Below, one piece after another: positions 14,601 to 26,115 of a DNA stretch of 64,000 nt. Source of the stretch: Tricharina praecox (Eukaryota). The translations under genes and the position numbers were made by a program. The stretch's first letter is position 1. Each line of letters opens with the position of its first letter. The stretch is taken from assembly GCF_024521635.1 (NCBI RefSeq), contig NW_026250429.1:124001-188000 (forward strand), written 5' to 3'. Under the pieces are notes generated by a model. It ran no database searches and was not told the origin of the DNA. It saw only the letters and a program-made list of their open reading frames with translations.

Positions 14601-15187
14601 AGCGGCGTCATGTTGTAGAAATGATCGTCAATTGCAATTTGGACTCCGTTGACTATCACATAATGATTTGGCTGCAGGTTCAGAAAGTAGTCGGTGCAAG
14701 AATCGATGTTGAGGATTGCCGTCTGAGTAGATCCGCAACAAGCTGGGTAAAGTGAAAGTCGATATTTTCGATCCTCAAGTGAGGGATCGAGGGTTCGCAG
14801 ACCATCGAGAAGCTGGTCGTCACTCCAGTCCAGTGGCACACCGCTGATACGAAAGCTTTTCGGCCCGCGATTTACTCGCTCGAGTTCTGGAGTACGTCCC
14901 GTCGAAGCGGCGAATCGTGGAGCCTTCGAAGACACAACTGGCGCCGCTGTGCTAGACTCGAGAGGCCTAGCTGAAGATGGCGGTGAATCGGAAACGATGC
15001 GCTTCGAATCGTCTACACGGACGGGTCGGTCGGGCCGGGAATTCATCGCTTGTTGTAGCGAAGTTGCAGTAGGTTGCGGAATGGCTGCATTCTCAGTGGC
15101 GCGTGGCCACCAAAAAGGACATGACCAGAGGACAAGGCGGTAAAGGACGTAAAGGAACAGAATGCTCTCGATCGTATATTGCATCAT
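8628..15187 (-). CDS. Fungal NLR: N-terminal hydrophobic segment, SesB-like alpha/beta hydrolase, degenerate NACHT, intact NACHT, ankyrin repeats; about 8 exons; apparent frameshift at 10610-10613
   Basis: Hydrolase motifs VVAVTGLAGHAFGSW, IFIGHSLGG, FFFGTPHDG and NHTDMVK. Second NACHT has Walker A GKPGSGKST, Walker B YLIIDAVDE, and AEGVFLWT and HQTVREYF motifs. TPLHLAA ankyrin array follows. The fragments join in frame via GT-AG introns (e.g. 14570-14511, 14281-14227, 14172-14105). Confidence 0.88.
8680..10720 (-). repeat. Tandem array of about 21 near-identical 99-bp units encoding 33-aa ankyrin repeats
   Basis: The core ccatgttggcccccttctcgatgaggagtctcgatgtggcc recurs every 99 bp; 20 M(E/G)A-initiated units lie in ORF 8628..10604 plus one before the frameshift. 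Confidence 0.97.
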
Positions 15188-16853
15188 GCTTGCAAACGGT
15201 TCAAGAATTGGAAATCGAAGATCATTCGCAAGAGTAGAACGGAGCCGTGGGCAAGAGCAAGTGTAGGTAGTGGCCAACTGAGCAGAAGTGGTGGTGGCCA
15301 GCAATTATCGACAAGAGCCGCACGCCGCCGAGCCTGGCTATGTGTTGTCTGGACTCTGCCATCCCAAGAGGCATGGTGAGATGCAGAGACGCGATAAGAT
15401 AAGCCGATCGAATCCTAGCCTGCCGACAGCACAGCTGCCAGCGGCCGGAGAACATCGAAATGGCACACCAACTTTACGGCCTCAGAACACACCGGTGATA
15501 CGCAGTAGCAGAAGTTTATGACCCACTGACCACCGACACCAGGAACGCGTCAAAGTTGCTGCCCCCATTCACTGGAACCCTGAGCCCTCGTATCTTGTCT
15601 CCGCCTCGAAGCTTGAGGAGCTGAAGGCTGAGCTGATGTACGCCGTAGTTAAGGTGCACTCGGACATATGTGTGGGAAACCGAAAATGGTCTCATACAAC
15701 CAGAAATGAGCAGCCCAACTCCTCCCTCTCGCTAAGACATGCTGATCTAAAAGCCTGATGAAAATACGAATGCTTCTGGGTTACCAATTCAGCGCATCAG
15801 TGCCAGATCCGAAGGAAGTCCGAAGAAGCCAACACGGTGGTATGACGTTTCTACTTACCTATGTACGGCAAATCTAAACTTTTGCGTGGAGAAATGGTGT
15901 CTAATCAGCGCGAGTGGAGTGTCAAAGATATGTACTGATTTCTACTAGGTATACCTGCCCGGTACCCACCGGGCAATGGTAGGTTTTCCATCAGGTCTCA
16001 CGGCGGATAGAGTATCTATCAGCTCGGAAGAGCAGGCAATGTTATCTTTTGCCCTGCTCTAATTCGTGCCCGAATAGCGATCCGCAGAGTATGGATTACA
16101 CACCCGGGGCGCCCGGGCGCGTGACGAACACTCCAACTGGAAAAACATCCATCCGTGACCGGACTAGCTCCAAGCATCACGTAGTCGGATGTCTGCGACC
16201 AGTACGTACGGCTGAGCGTCGTATCACCGTATGTGGACTACATACCTGGAATTGTTTTCCTGGACCACTCTCAGCCCCAAGGACTCGAAAGGCCAGGTCG
16301 TGAAAAACGCATCTCGCCGCAAGTTCGTCTTTGTTGCATCAGGGACCCAGAGTCATTGGACAATACATACAACGGGAGTGATCCTGCGAAGCTGGTTCGG
16401 CCTCTATGCATAGCGCCCGCCGCTGACGATAGGCCTCGTATTTGTGCTCGAGTGATTCTCAAGATAGCAACATGGGACCATGGGGTGCTTCGGCCGTGTG
16501 TTCTGCTGGAGACGGGTGTGCACTTTGGACTCTAGAGTGGAAGGGGGTGATCGCGAGCGGGGAGTTTTTCATCGCGGATGCATGCACAGCGAATGAGGCA
16601 CGGAGAGGGCCCATTCATGATGCCTTAGGGAAGGGTGGGAGGGGGGGATAAATATTGAGTATCCTCCGCGAGGCCAGCAAGATCCAGCTCTCCCGCCCTC
16701 TCGACTCTACCACATCTCTGCACTTTCCCCGCTCCTATCCAGATTCCAACCCAACACCAGTACGGTAAAGTACCCAACCCAACTAGCCATGCTCACGAAC
16801 CCGCACTGACGAATCCAGCCCAACACCTTCATCGCTACCAGCAAGCAGCAAGC

Positions 16854-17246
16854 ATGCACCTCCGCCCGCAGCACATCATCCTCATCGCCTCGCTCCTCCC
16901 CCATCTCACACTCATCCACGCCTCCTCCCACGGCGGCAAAGCCAGCCAACTCCTGCGCCGCGACGCCGACGCCGCCGCCGCGGACGACCTCATCCTCGCG
17001 CGCGATGACGCCGGCGGGCTCACCAAGCGCACCTGCAAATACATAGGCTGCAAGTGCTACCAAGGGACGCCAGCAGGCGTGTATTGCCGCGGCTGCTCGA
17101 ATGCGGTGTACGAGTCTGGAGATCTAGCTGCCTACCCGGGAACGCACCAGAGTAATTGGGCGTTTCAGTGTAATCCCACCGGGGGGTGCTGCGCGTATGG
17201 GCCCAGGAAGGATTGCTATGGTGGGGCGCATGGGACTTGTGGTTAG
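16854..17246 (+). CDS. Small secreted cysteine-rich preproprotein (signal peptide, pro-region, KR site, 10-Cys mature peptide)
   Basis: Hydrophobic N-terminus IILIASLLPHLTLIHA; acidic/Ala pro-region ending LTKR; mature part TCKYIGCKC...YCRGC...FQCNPTGGCCAYG...DC...TCG. Confidence 0.8.
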   Translation: MHLRPQHIILIASLLPHLTLIHASSHGGKASQLLRRDADAAAADDLILARDDAGGLTKRTCKYIGCKCYQGTPAGVYCRGCSNAVYESGDLAAYPGTHQSNWAFQCNPTGGCCAYGPRKDCYGGAHGTCG

Positions 17247-18913
17247 TCTACAGCCTACTGGGGTTGGTGTGTTTGGATGGACAGAGCGGTGGGACGTTGG
17301 AAGAGGGATACGGTGATTCGGTTGTCGTGCGGCGGCCGTGTCGAGGACTTTGGGATAATGCTTTTCATTCTTTCTTCGTATGATGTTATGCAGCCGTTAC
17401 GAAACTGGCTGAAGAATGTGTTACCTATTCGGATGGTCAGCGATGGGGAATCTTCGCATCTATGTGCAATTCTTCGGAACTATGGGGTAGCTGGAATTGC
17501 CGCTCAAGATGGCCGCTCCAACGAAGTATAGTGGCCGTGGGTCTTGTCCCAACCGACCACAGTCTTCCGATACGTTTCCACCTGCACAGCACGCTGGGCA
17601 CATACGTCCGACCCCTTTCCACTACCTATCATCAAACCGCCGTGGTCATGAATGATGATCGGATAGCCTTCACCACAACCCCGCCCCTTCCCTTCCCACC
17701 TGTGCGGCTCTCAGCCGGTCCCGCCTTCACACCGCCACCTCCGCCGAGGACCGCATTCCTCATACCTACATACCGTTGTCCCGACACCTGAAGCCCGTCT
17801 ATCCGGCGTCTATCCATGCCCCCGTTAGAACTTCGAAGCTTGCAACGGCGGGAAAGATCCTTGCCGTGATAGTGGTCCCAAGCGCGACGGCAGCGTCGCT
17901 TCCTGGGCTCTAGCGAGACGCTGTTGAGGGCCAGGAGAGTGGTTTTGCGGCGATTAGGTAGTCTTCGGATCTGCGAGTAGCGGAGTTCAGGAAGTCGAGT
18001 ACTTCGGCAGCTCTCCCATTGCTGGCTAAGACCGGATTGGGAATGGCGGCCGACCCGTCGGCCCGAGGCTTTGGCGAGGGCACTAGTTAGTCAATCGTAT
18101 TTCAACCACCTGGTGAACTCCCATCCACCTCGCCTGCCAGCGATGGCGCGACCTCGAAAGTCCAAGCCAGGTACTAATCTCTGGTTCGCCGAAATGCGAG
18201 GGTATGTGGATGCAAAGTTGCCGACCTGCGATGTATCTACAAAGTGACCAAGCCACCACGCTCCGTCACCTAAAGGCTTCGCTACATAAGCGTGGATGGC
18301 CTGTGCGGGGCAGCTGGCGTGGGGGAGCATGACCACTATCTAGTAATAGATAAAGTAGAGTATTCGAGCCGGAACATCGTCACCCCAAGAGTGTGTCAAA
18401 TCGATACGGCGCGACCAACTGGAACTTCACAGCTGCAAACTGCGATCGAATTTCGAAACAAGAAACGACCTCTCCCACTTGGTCTTCACTCACTTGGTGC
18501 GGGCGAGACTCTACCAATAGCCTACCAGCTGTATTGGCGGGGAAACACCCTCCACACGTCGAACCCTGGCATTGCGCCTGTATCCAGTAACGTATCCGCA
18601 CTTCGAGCTGCAACCCTGTGAGCGGCAACGAATCGGCGCGGATTCCTGCCCTCCGAACCCCACAGAAGCGGAGACAGGCTCTGCGCTAGTGTTTTGCCCG
18701 CACGAAATGCCGATATGTACCTCAGTAACCAAGGAAGTACCAAAGTATCCAACGAGCTCTCTGGCAAAGTACGGTCGATAATATACCCCACTACAACCCC
18801 GCCATGGACTGCATAGAGACAATAAGTACTCAATCATCCACCGCTGCCGCACTCGAGCTGCTAATCTATCGAAAGAAACAACAACCCATCATTTCCACCG
18901 CTTCCGACACTCA

Positions 18914-19900
18914 ATGGCCACCCAGACACAGCTATCACACCTCCGCGCCCAGTCAGCGATAGACTGCGACACGCTCGACGTTTCCGTCGCGGAGGCCCTG
19001 GGGCCCTTCGCCGACTGCACCTCGAACCAAGCGATAGCGCTCGGCGAGCTGACCAAGCCCGCAAACGCCCCGGTCCTCACCGCTGCTGCGACGATCGCGC
19101 TCTCGCACCCATCGCCGACACCCACACTCGTCTCCGAAATCGCCTCATGCCTCCTCTCCGCGCGGATCCTTCCCCACCTGACCGGGTACGTGCACACGCA
19201 GACGAACCCGCTGCACGCCTTCAGCACCTCCGACACGGTGGCGGACGCGCGGCGCATCGTGAGCATCTACGCGACGCTGTCCCCGTCGATCACGCGCGAG
19301 CGCGTGTGCATCAAGATCCCGTCGACGTGGGAGGGCCTGCAGGCGTGCCGCATCCTCGAGGCGGAGGGGATCCGCACGCTCGCGACGACGCTGTTCACGC
19401 TCGTGCAGGCGAAGATGGCCGCGCGCGTCGGATGCACGTATGTCGCGCCGTACGTCAACGCGCTGAGAGTGCACTTCGAGGAGGGCTACGTGGATGCCCA
19501 TCCCGGCTTCGAGATCGCGGTTGCCGCGCAGAAGTGGTACGAGGTCGTCGGCGCGAAGACGCAGGTGCTCGCGGCGAGCTTTGTTGCGCCGCACGAGGTG
19601 ATGCGGCTTGCCGGGTTAAAACATGTTACCGTCTCCCCGCCGCTGTTGGCCGGGTTTAGTCAGGAGGCGTTCGTGCACGGACAGGCGCAGAGTTTGGTCG
19701 ACGCATGGGCCGAAAGCGTGCAGGAGACGGAAATGGGCGAGCTATTGACCGAATCCCAGTGGAGGCTGGAACTCAATCGCGAGGATGCCGGGCGCGGCGC
19801 GCTGAAGCTCGTTGACGCGATCAACATCTTTTCGGATGTGCAGGAGAAGCTGGATGCGTTGTGTGCGGGCGCGCTGGAGACGGTGAGGGCTGCGGCGTGA
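18914..19900 (+). CDS. Transaldolase/fructose-6-phosphate aldolase family protein (intronless)
   Basis: Motifs DCDTLD, DCTSNQAI, Schiff-base lysine in VCIKIPSTWEGLQAC, TLATTLF, YVAPYVN, LAASF, VTVSPPLL. Confidence 0.9.
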   Translation: MATQTQLSHLRAQSAIDCDTLDVSVAEALGPFADCTSNQAIALGELTKPANAPVLTAAATIALSHPSPTPTLVSEIASCLLSARILPHLTGYVHTQTNPLHAFSTSDTVADARRIVSIYATLSPSITRERVCIKIPSTWEGLQACRILEAEGIRTLATTLFTLVQAKMAARVGCTYVAPYVNALRVHFEEGYVDAHPGFEIAVAAQKWYEVVGAKTQVLAASFVAPHEVMRLAGLKHVTVSPPLLAGFSQEAFVHGQAQSLVDAWAESVQETEMGELLTESQWRLELNREDAGRGALKLVDAINIFSDVQEKLDALCAGALETVRAAA

Positions 19901-20519
19901 CTCTGCGGTGCGGTGCCGTGTTCCGGTGAATGAGTGCGCTCGATAGCAATTGCAGTTATATCAACGCGTACATAACTATTTCGCCACATGGTTTCAAGCG
20001 CAGTCGTGCTTGGGCGGGACTGTCACGGCATGCGGATCCATGTCCGCCCCCAGTATTCGCTTCGCCCAGCTGCTCTAACTAGCCGCTCATCGACACCTCA
20101 ACCACTGCCAGCATCACCGGTGAATTGTCATCTGTTTAGCCCAAAGAATTCGTGATAGCAATGGCACATGTGAGGTGTGTGGGGAAAACCAATCTATCCG
20201 AGCCCGCTGGTGTACGCCGAAAGCCCTTCCGAAAGCTGCCAATCTCACTCGATCACCGCGCCGCCCATATCCTATCAGCTTCCCCGAGTGACACTGTCCA
20301 GGATGATGGATCTCCACGCGGGTAGGAGGTAGGTATGCGATAAGAGCTGATCCGACATCCGAGCGATCCTGGCTGAAACAATCCCGCCATTGCGGAGGAT
20401 TCGCACGCCACATGCAGCCCAATCGCGAGTGTTGGATGGAGATCATATCGGTGCCTGACCCTGACCGAGAATGACGCAAGAAACCGTTAAGATTGCTCAC
20501 AGCCAGCCAGAGACGTCAG

Positions 20520-20528
20520 AGTATAAAG
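20520..20528 (+). promoter_or_regulatory. Candidate TATA box of the TauD-family gene
   Basis: gtataaag about 65 bp upstream of the ATG at 20589. Confidence 0.4.
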
Positions 20529-20588
20529 CTGACTGCCGTCGACGGTCTGTCTCCAAATCGTAATTCAGCAACAACCTAGATACTCGCA

Positions 20589-21896
20589 ATGGCTCCTTCT
20601 ACTATCTCACTCGCCCCTTCTACGGCCACCGCCTCTGCCACCGAGTCCACCAAGCTCAAGACCACTCCAACTCCCACTCCCACACAAGCCGTCAACACGC
20701 TCACCGCGCCCCTCCCCTATCCACCCGCCTTCTCCCCGCTCCTCTCGCACCCTCACCACGAGTCCACGCCCGTAATCGGCACGGAGTTCAGCGGCGACTT
20801 CCAGCTCTCCTCAATCCTCAGCTCCCCCACCTCTCTCCAGCACCTCGCCTCACTGATATCGCACCGGGGCGTAGTCTTCTTCCGGGGGCAGGAAATAACG
20901 CCCTCGCAGCAGCGGGAGCTGGTGCAGTCCCTCGGCGAGCTCTCGGGGAAGCCGGCCACGAGCGGACTGCACATCCACCCGCTGACCCGCGAGAACGGGA
21001 AGGACGGCGACCACATCTCGATCATCAGCAGTGAGGAGCGGATCAAGTATGAGAATGCGCGGAAGGAGCGCGAGCGCGTGCGTGAGCTCGGGTGGGAGAA
21101 GGGCGAGGAGTCGCAGTTGGCGAGCGTTGGTTGGGTGAGTACCTACTCTCTGTTAGGAACGGCAGACGGGTGGCTGACGGGATATGTACATAGCATGCGG
21201 ACATCACCTTCGAGAATGTCCCCAGCGACTACGCCACACTCAAGGTGCACACGCAGCCGGCCACGGGCGGGGACACGCTGTGGGCCAGCGGCTATGAGGT
21301 GTACGACCGCTTGTCCCCGTCCTTCCGCGCCTACCTCGAGACCCTGAGCGCCGTGCACAACGCCGATCGCTTCAAGGAGGTTGCTGCCGCGCGAGGCCAC
21401 ACGCTGCGGAATCATCGCGGCGCCCCGGAGAATAACGACCTTGAGCTGACTGCCGTGCACCCGGTAATCCGGACTAACCCCGTGACGGGCTGGAAAAGTA
21501 CCTCCGCCTGCTCCCTTTCGTCCTTGTCCCTGCTAACACCTTCTGTGCACAGGCGTCTTCGTCAACCGCTCCTTTACGAAACGGATCCTGGGCGTCTCCA
21601 TTGACGAGAGCGAGCTGATCCTAAACCACCTATTTCGGCTAGTATCTGAGAACCACGATCTGCAAGTCCGGTTCCGGTGGGCGCGGTACAAGGACGGGGA
21701 GACGGGGGACGTTGCCGTGTGGGATAACCGGAGCACCTTCCATACCGCCACGGACGATTATATCGAGACTGGAGGCGTGCGCAGCGGGGATCGCGCTGTA
21801 AGTCTGGGTGAGAGACCGTTTTACGGTGGTCAGGGCGAGCGGAGTAGAGGCCGCAGGGAGGCGCTTGGATGGAGGGGCGTGGAGAGGATTTATTAG
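20589..21896 (+). CDS. TauD/TfdA-family Fe(II)/2-oxoglutarate dioxygenase (sulfonate dioxygenase, Jlp1-like)
   Basis: RGVVFFRGQ; facial-triad WHADITFE after splicing; GGDTLWASGY; HPVIRTNPVTGWKS; VWDNRSTFHTA. Exons 20589-21134, 21194-21497, 21553-21896. Confidence 0.92.
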
Positions 21897-22375
21897 ATAC
21901 ATCTTGGGTAGAGGAGATTTCTGTGCGAATAAATAATGAGCTTGAAAGTTCTTCCAGGCGGGTGAATTCGAAGAGGGATTTCCGCAGCTGCACCGTGATG
22001 CCGTAGTTACTCATAGTCGTGTGGTTCCACGTAGATAGCGCTTGTAGTAGTCGCGCCTATCGCCGGTAATCGCGTGAATTGACGTCGACAGGCGAAGGTA
22101 ACCGTAGAAGACCTCAATTAATCGGGAGCGAGGTAACTCCTCGGGACGACCGAACAGGCCCCAGGCATAAAGTGATCATAATTCTGCCCTTGACTTTGTG
22201 TGATATCGAGGGGAAGAAATCTCCCAAAGACAAACGGCTAGAGGACATCCACATTAGCTAGTTGCTCGACCGGCGACTGGAGTAGGTAGGATACCGCAGG
22301 AGGTCGCATTCGATTCTCGCATAATACTCGCAGAATACTCCCCAATTTCGACGTAGTAGCATCGTTCTCGTCGAA

Positions 22376-22601
22376 GCAGAGGGATGCGATCGATTAGGTA
22401 GAAGATGTCTGGGCCGTGGCTCTTGGTGGCTTCGCCAATCCGCCACTTCTCCGCGGTATCACGAGCGATGGTTGATGTAGGCACGTCTGGAAACCGTACA
22501 GCGTTGGCGTGGTAAATCGTTCTTGCCGAAGCAGAAGGATGCGACCGAATAAGTAGAAGATGTCTGGGCCGTGACTCTCAGTGGCTTCACCAATCCGTCA
22601 C
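22376..22601. repeat. Diverged direct repeat, two copies of about 70 bp at 155-bp spacing
   Basis: gcagagggatgcgatcgattaggtagaagatgtctgggccgtggctc at 22376 versus gcagaaggatgcgaccgaataagtagaagatgtctgggccgtgactc at 22531. Confidence 0.8.
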
Positions 22602-22938
22602 GTCTCAACCGGTTTGGGTTCTCGATCCAAAGGCACCTTTCGTCGCACAAGGTGAAGCGAGAGTTGTCAATAATCGTCAGCAAGCGGAGGCGGTAACGAG
22701 ACAGCAAATGCAAGATTTATACATACCAGGTAGACGGTGTAGATATCTCCCTCATTCTCGCCTATATCCCACACAGTCACCCAGTGCAACTCTGATACAG
22801 GTTTTGCGAGGGCTCGTTGCCAATGCCTCTCCAGGGCTGACGAGAAAAGAAGCGCACACAGAGGAGAGAGAGGAGATGGGGGGTTGACCGTCGACTCGAG
22901 GGATAATGATCCAGAAAGAGGAAGAAGAAGAAAACCCT

Positions 22939-23040
22939 GCCATGCTCACCAACGTTGACGCCCACAGCTGCTAACCACATTCGTTTTATCCCGCCGACAG
23001 GAGTCCTCCTTCACTTCCTCCTCTCGCCGACAGCTTTTAC
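22939..23040 (+). repeat. Dispersed repeat copy 1 (partner at about 42137-42240)
   Basis: ccaacgttgacgcccacagctgctaaccacattcgttttatcccgccgacaggagtcct aligns with ccaacgttgatgcccaccgctactaaccacattcgttctctcccgccgacagaagtcct. Confidence 0.8.
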
Positions 23041-24232
23041 GTCCCTAACAGCTCCTCCATTGTTCTGCCACACTATACTTCCCATCCCGCGTACGAAAGA
23101 GAGCCATAGTCGTTGACTGTAGACGCCCTAGCCACACCCGTGCCGTTCAGCTCCTCGATGCCCATACAGTCGCAATCATGCGAATGCATTGCAATGTTAG
23201 TCGAGATGAGCCGGGATGGGTGCTTAGAAGTTAGCTACCCTTTCGGCCCTTTCGGGTTACTTACTTGAGGTGTTGCAGATCGGTTCTGCCTGCCGGTTGG
23301 ACTCCTAGGTGTGGGGCGTGACCTTGGTCCTTTCTCACCCCCGGTGTTGACAGCGGAATCCAATGGAGCCCAACGCATCGCCGTAATCGTTGAGGTGCAT
23401 GGGAATTGTAACGATTAAACTCGGTGGTGGAAGTCATCTGCTGGCGCACATATTGCGTATTCGTGCGGCCTTGCACGATCATGTATCGTTGAGGTCGTCC
23501 TTGGATGCGTGGACAGACTGCCTCGTCAGCTTCTGATGGACGTTGACATCGATGCGTAGGTCAATGGGCCAATCGATAGATGCCTTGCCTTGCGTCTCGT
23601 AGTCGGGATATCGGATCCATCCAATTCATCCCTTCGGCCCGATCAGTCTGCTCCACACGTTTTGCACAAGGCAGGCAGAGCATGGGAGCCCACCATTTGC
23701 CGATGGTTGGAGCATCCACGAAGACGGCACAATCGGACAATAGAGATGAGCATCACCGGCATGTCGAGCTGCATGGATCAAACTCAAGCTATAAGCTATC
23801 GCACTCTCTCCGACACTTTACCGCAGTCCTGGGCGAGTGTAGTAGATAGGTTTACCCAATGCACTCGCATGCGCCTTCACTCCAATCGCTATTGTCATCG
23901 ACGTACCCCACATTCAACGGCCAACCCCGAAGAGCCTCGGACGGCCGCCCACGTTTAGGGTTCTGGGCGTCGCGACGTGCATTCTTGAACGTCGTTACGC
24001 GGAACTAACAGTTTGGGCCTTCACCACCTATAAATCGGTTGCCAGCGAGCGAGCTGTTCCCTTTCTTTTTCTCTTCACACCATCAACTTCTCCACTGGTA
24101 GTTGGAAGTTAAAATCACCCAGACTTTCAACTTCCTTACCGCCTGAAGAGTCAAGTCTTCTGTCCTCCACCACGAACGATCACAACATCCATCACCACCA
24201 CCACCACCGCTATCACGCAAAAAGTGAACAGA

Positions 24233-25208
24233 ATGGGTCAAATTAATTCGAAGCCTGTCGCCGAGGTATGGCAACTCCATCCGTTCTCTATATCCTGTCA
24301 ATGAATCGATCTAACTCGCGCAACAATTCAGGGCAACGCCGGTTTTGCCCTCAAGTCCATGAATCCCCCCCAGGTTCCCTTCGCTGGTGACGGTGCCCAA
24401 GAGGACAAGAACAGTGAGTAACCATTATCCAATCCTGCACGATTACCGCTGACATGTGTTGCAGAGGGATTCTTTGCCTTTTTTCAACAACTCTGCGGTG
24501 GCAGGCGTAAGTCCATCATCAAGAAAAACCGTAACGGCACCATGGTTATTCATGCCCCCCTAGACGGAGGATGTAAGTATTCGTTCAATCTCTCCATATG
24601 CTCCACCAAAGTTGCTGATGAGTCTTGCAGATCCGGTCCTCGCGCCTTTCCCTCACGGGTTTGGCGACGGCAATAACTACTTTTCCGGTAAGCATCTACC
24701 GAGTGATGCGCTGTGAGTCTATGCTGACCTACATCCTTTGCAGTAGCCGAGCTGCTCGCCGGTGCGGAAGATTCGGGCTTTGCTGACGGTGTCACCTGTA
24801 AGCTGCCTTCCTTCTCTTTTCTTGCTGATATTTACAGCTCATGCTGACTTCTCTGTGGCTGCAAAAGATGAGAGTGAAATCGAGGATGAGAGCCAATTTA
24901 CCATAAACGAGTTTCTCGAAAACACCGAGACTGCCGAGGATGCAGTCAGCCTCGCAGAGAGCAGTGACAGCATCTCCTGGTCAATTGATACTCTAGCTCC
25001 CCCGATTCCCCCCAGGAACCCCGCCCGCGTCGTCCTTGCAGGTCAGCGTAAGACCAACCCTTCCTGTAACTAAACCATCATCGGGAAAAGACACTGACAC
25101 CGCGCAGTTTGTGCGATTACCCACGACCGCTACTACCGACGCCATACTAGTAAGTCATCTTCCGTTCCTTCTTTCTTCTCACCGCAGGACTAACGTGTAG
25201 CAGTCTAA
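24233..25208 (+). CDS. Orphan 8-exon gene, about 197 aa, starting MGQINSK (possible N-myristoylation)
   Basis: Exons 24233-24265, 24332-24413, 24465-24572, 24631-24687, 24744-24797, 24838-25047, 25108-25149, 25201-25208. All seven introns have GTRWG-type donors, CTRAY branch points and YAG acceptors, and the spliced frame is open. TATAAA at 24029. Confidence 0.75.
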
Positions 25209-25340
25209 CTGTGCCAACATCTGTCGCCATACTACCTTCTGTAGCAACAAGAACCGGACATCGATGTGTGGGCTTTTCTGTGCATTCGGTGTCTTATAAC
25301 ATCTATCTTGTTGTCTTCGGAATAGGGATCAATGGCTGGA

Positions 25341-25450
25341 ATTGGGCGTTTGTTTTCTGGGTACTTCGGGAGTGGAAAAAAAATGGGGGATTGGGCGTTT
25401 GTTTTCTGGGTACTTCGGGAGTGGAAAAAAAATGGGGGATTGGGCGTTGT
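25341..25450. repeat. 49-bp tandem repeat (2 copies plus partial third)
   Basis: attgggcgtttgttttctgggtacttcgggagtggaaaaaaaatggggg at 25341 and 25390. Confidence 0.9.
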
Positions 25451-26115
25451 TTGTTTTGCTGTTCTGGGGTTTGGGGGGGAAAAGGGCAAATCATCTCTGG
25501 AGTTTCGATTCTGCCTGGGTACTTAGGTTGCAATCGTGCTTCGGGGACTCAATCAAAAAGTTTACCTTGATTCGTTCTTGCTCTTGTTTTTGTTTTTAAT
25601 CTTGTTTGGAGTTTTCGGGGTGCAGTGCCAGCCTCCAGGCGGTTTGTGAGTTTTGTGTGGACACGTTCGTGGCAACAGGACTCGGTAGTCCTGGTACCTG
25701 AAGAGTGATGGCAAAGTTCGACATCGGGCGGCGATTATATTGGATATGATTATGGATGGATCCGAGAAGATTCACGAGACGGCGTGCACACTCATGAATG
25801 AGACTCGTCCAATAGAACTGCTCATGGCAGTGTGTACGCGCCCCCCGATTGGCTATTCACTGATTTTCAAAACTCTGCAGACTGCAGCCGCATGCGTCGC
25901 CGGTTGATGTGGATACCTACATACTTCCCACCTACAGACATCGCACACTGTTTCAGCCCACTACATAACCTGGCCCCCCGCAACCGCCCCCACTGCTCCG
26001 CAACATCACTCTCTCCCAGCCTCCAGGTCCCTCGAGCCTCCAGCCTCCAGCAACCAGCAACCAGCAACCAGCAACCTTCTCCTTCCCTCCATCACGAATC
26101 ACCACCCAAGACCCA

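Noticed and set aside
15190..16850. Possible amyloid-motif effector gene next to the NLR
   Set aside because: No HET-s, PP or sigma-like motif or HeLo-type ORF seen; the NLR carries its own effector domain.
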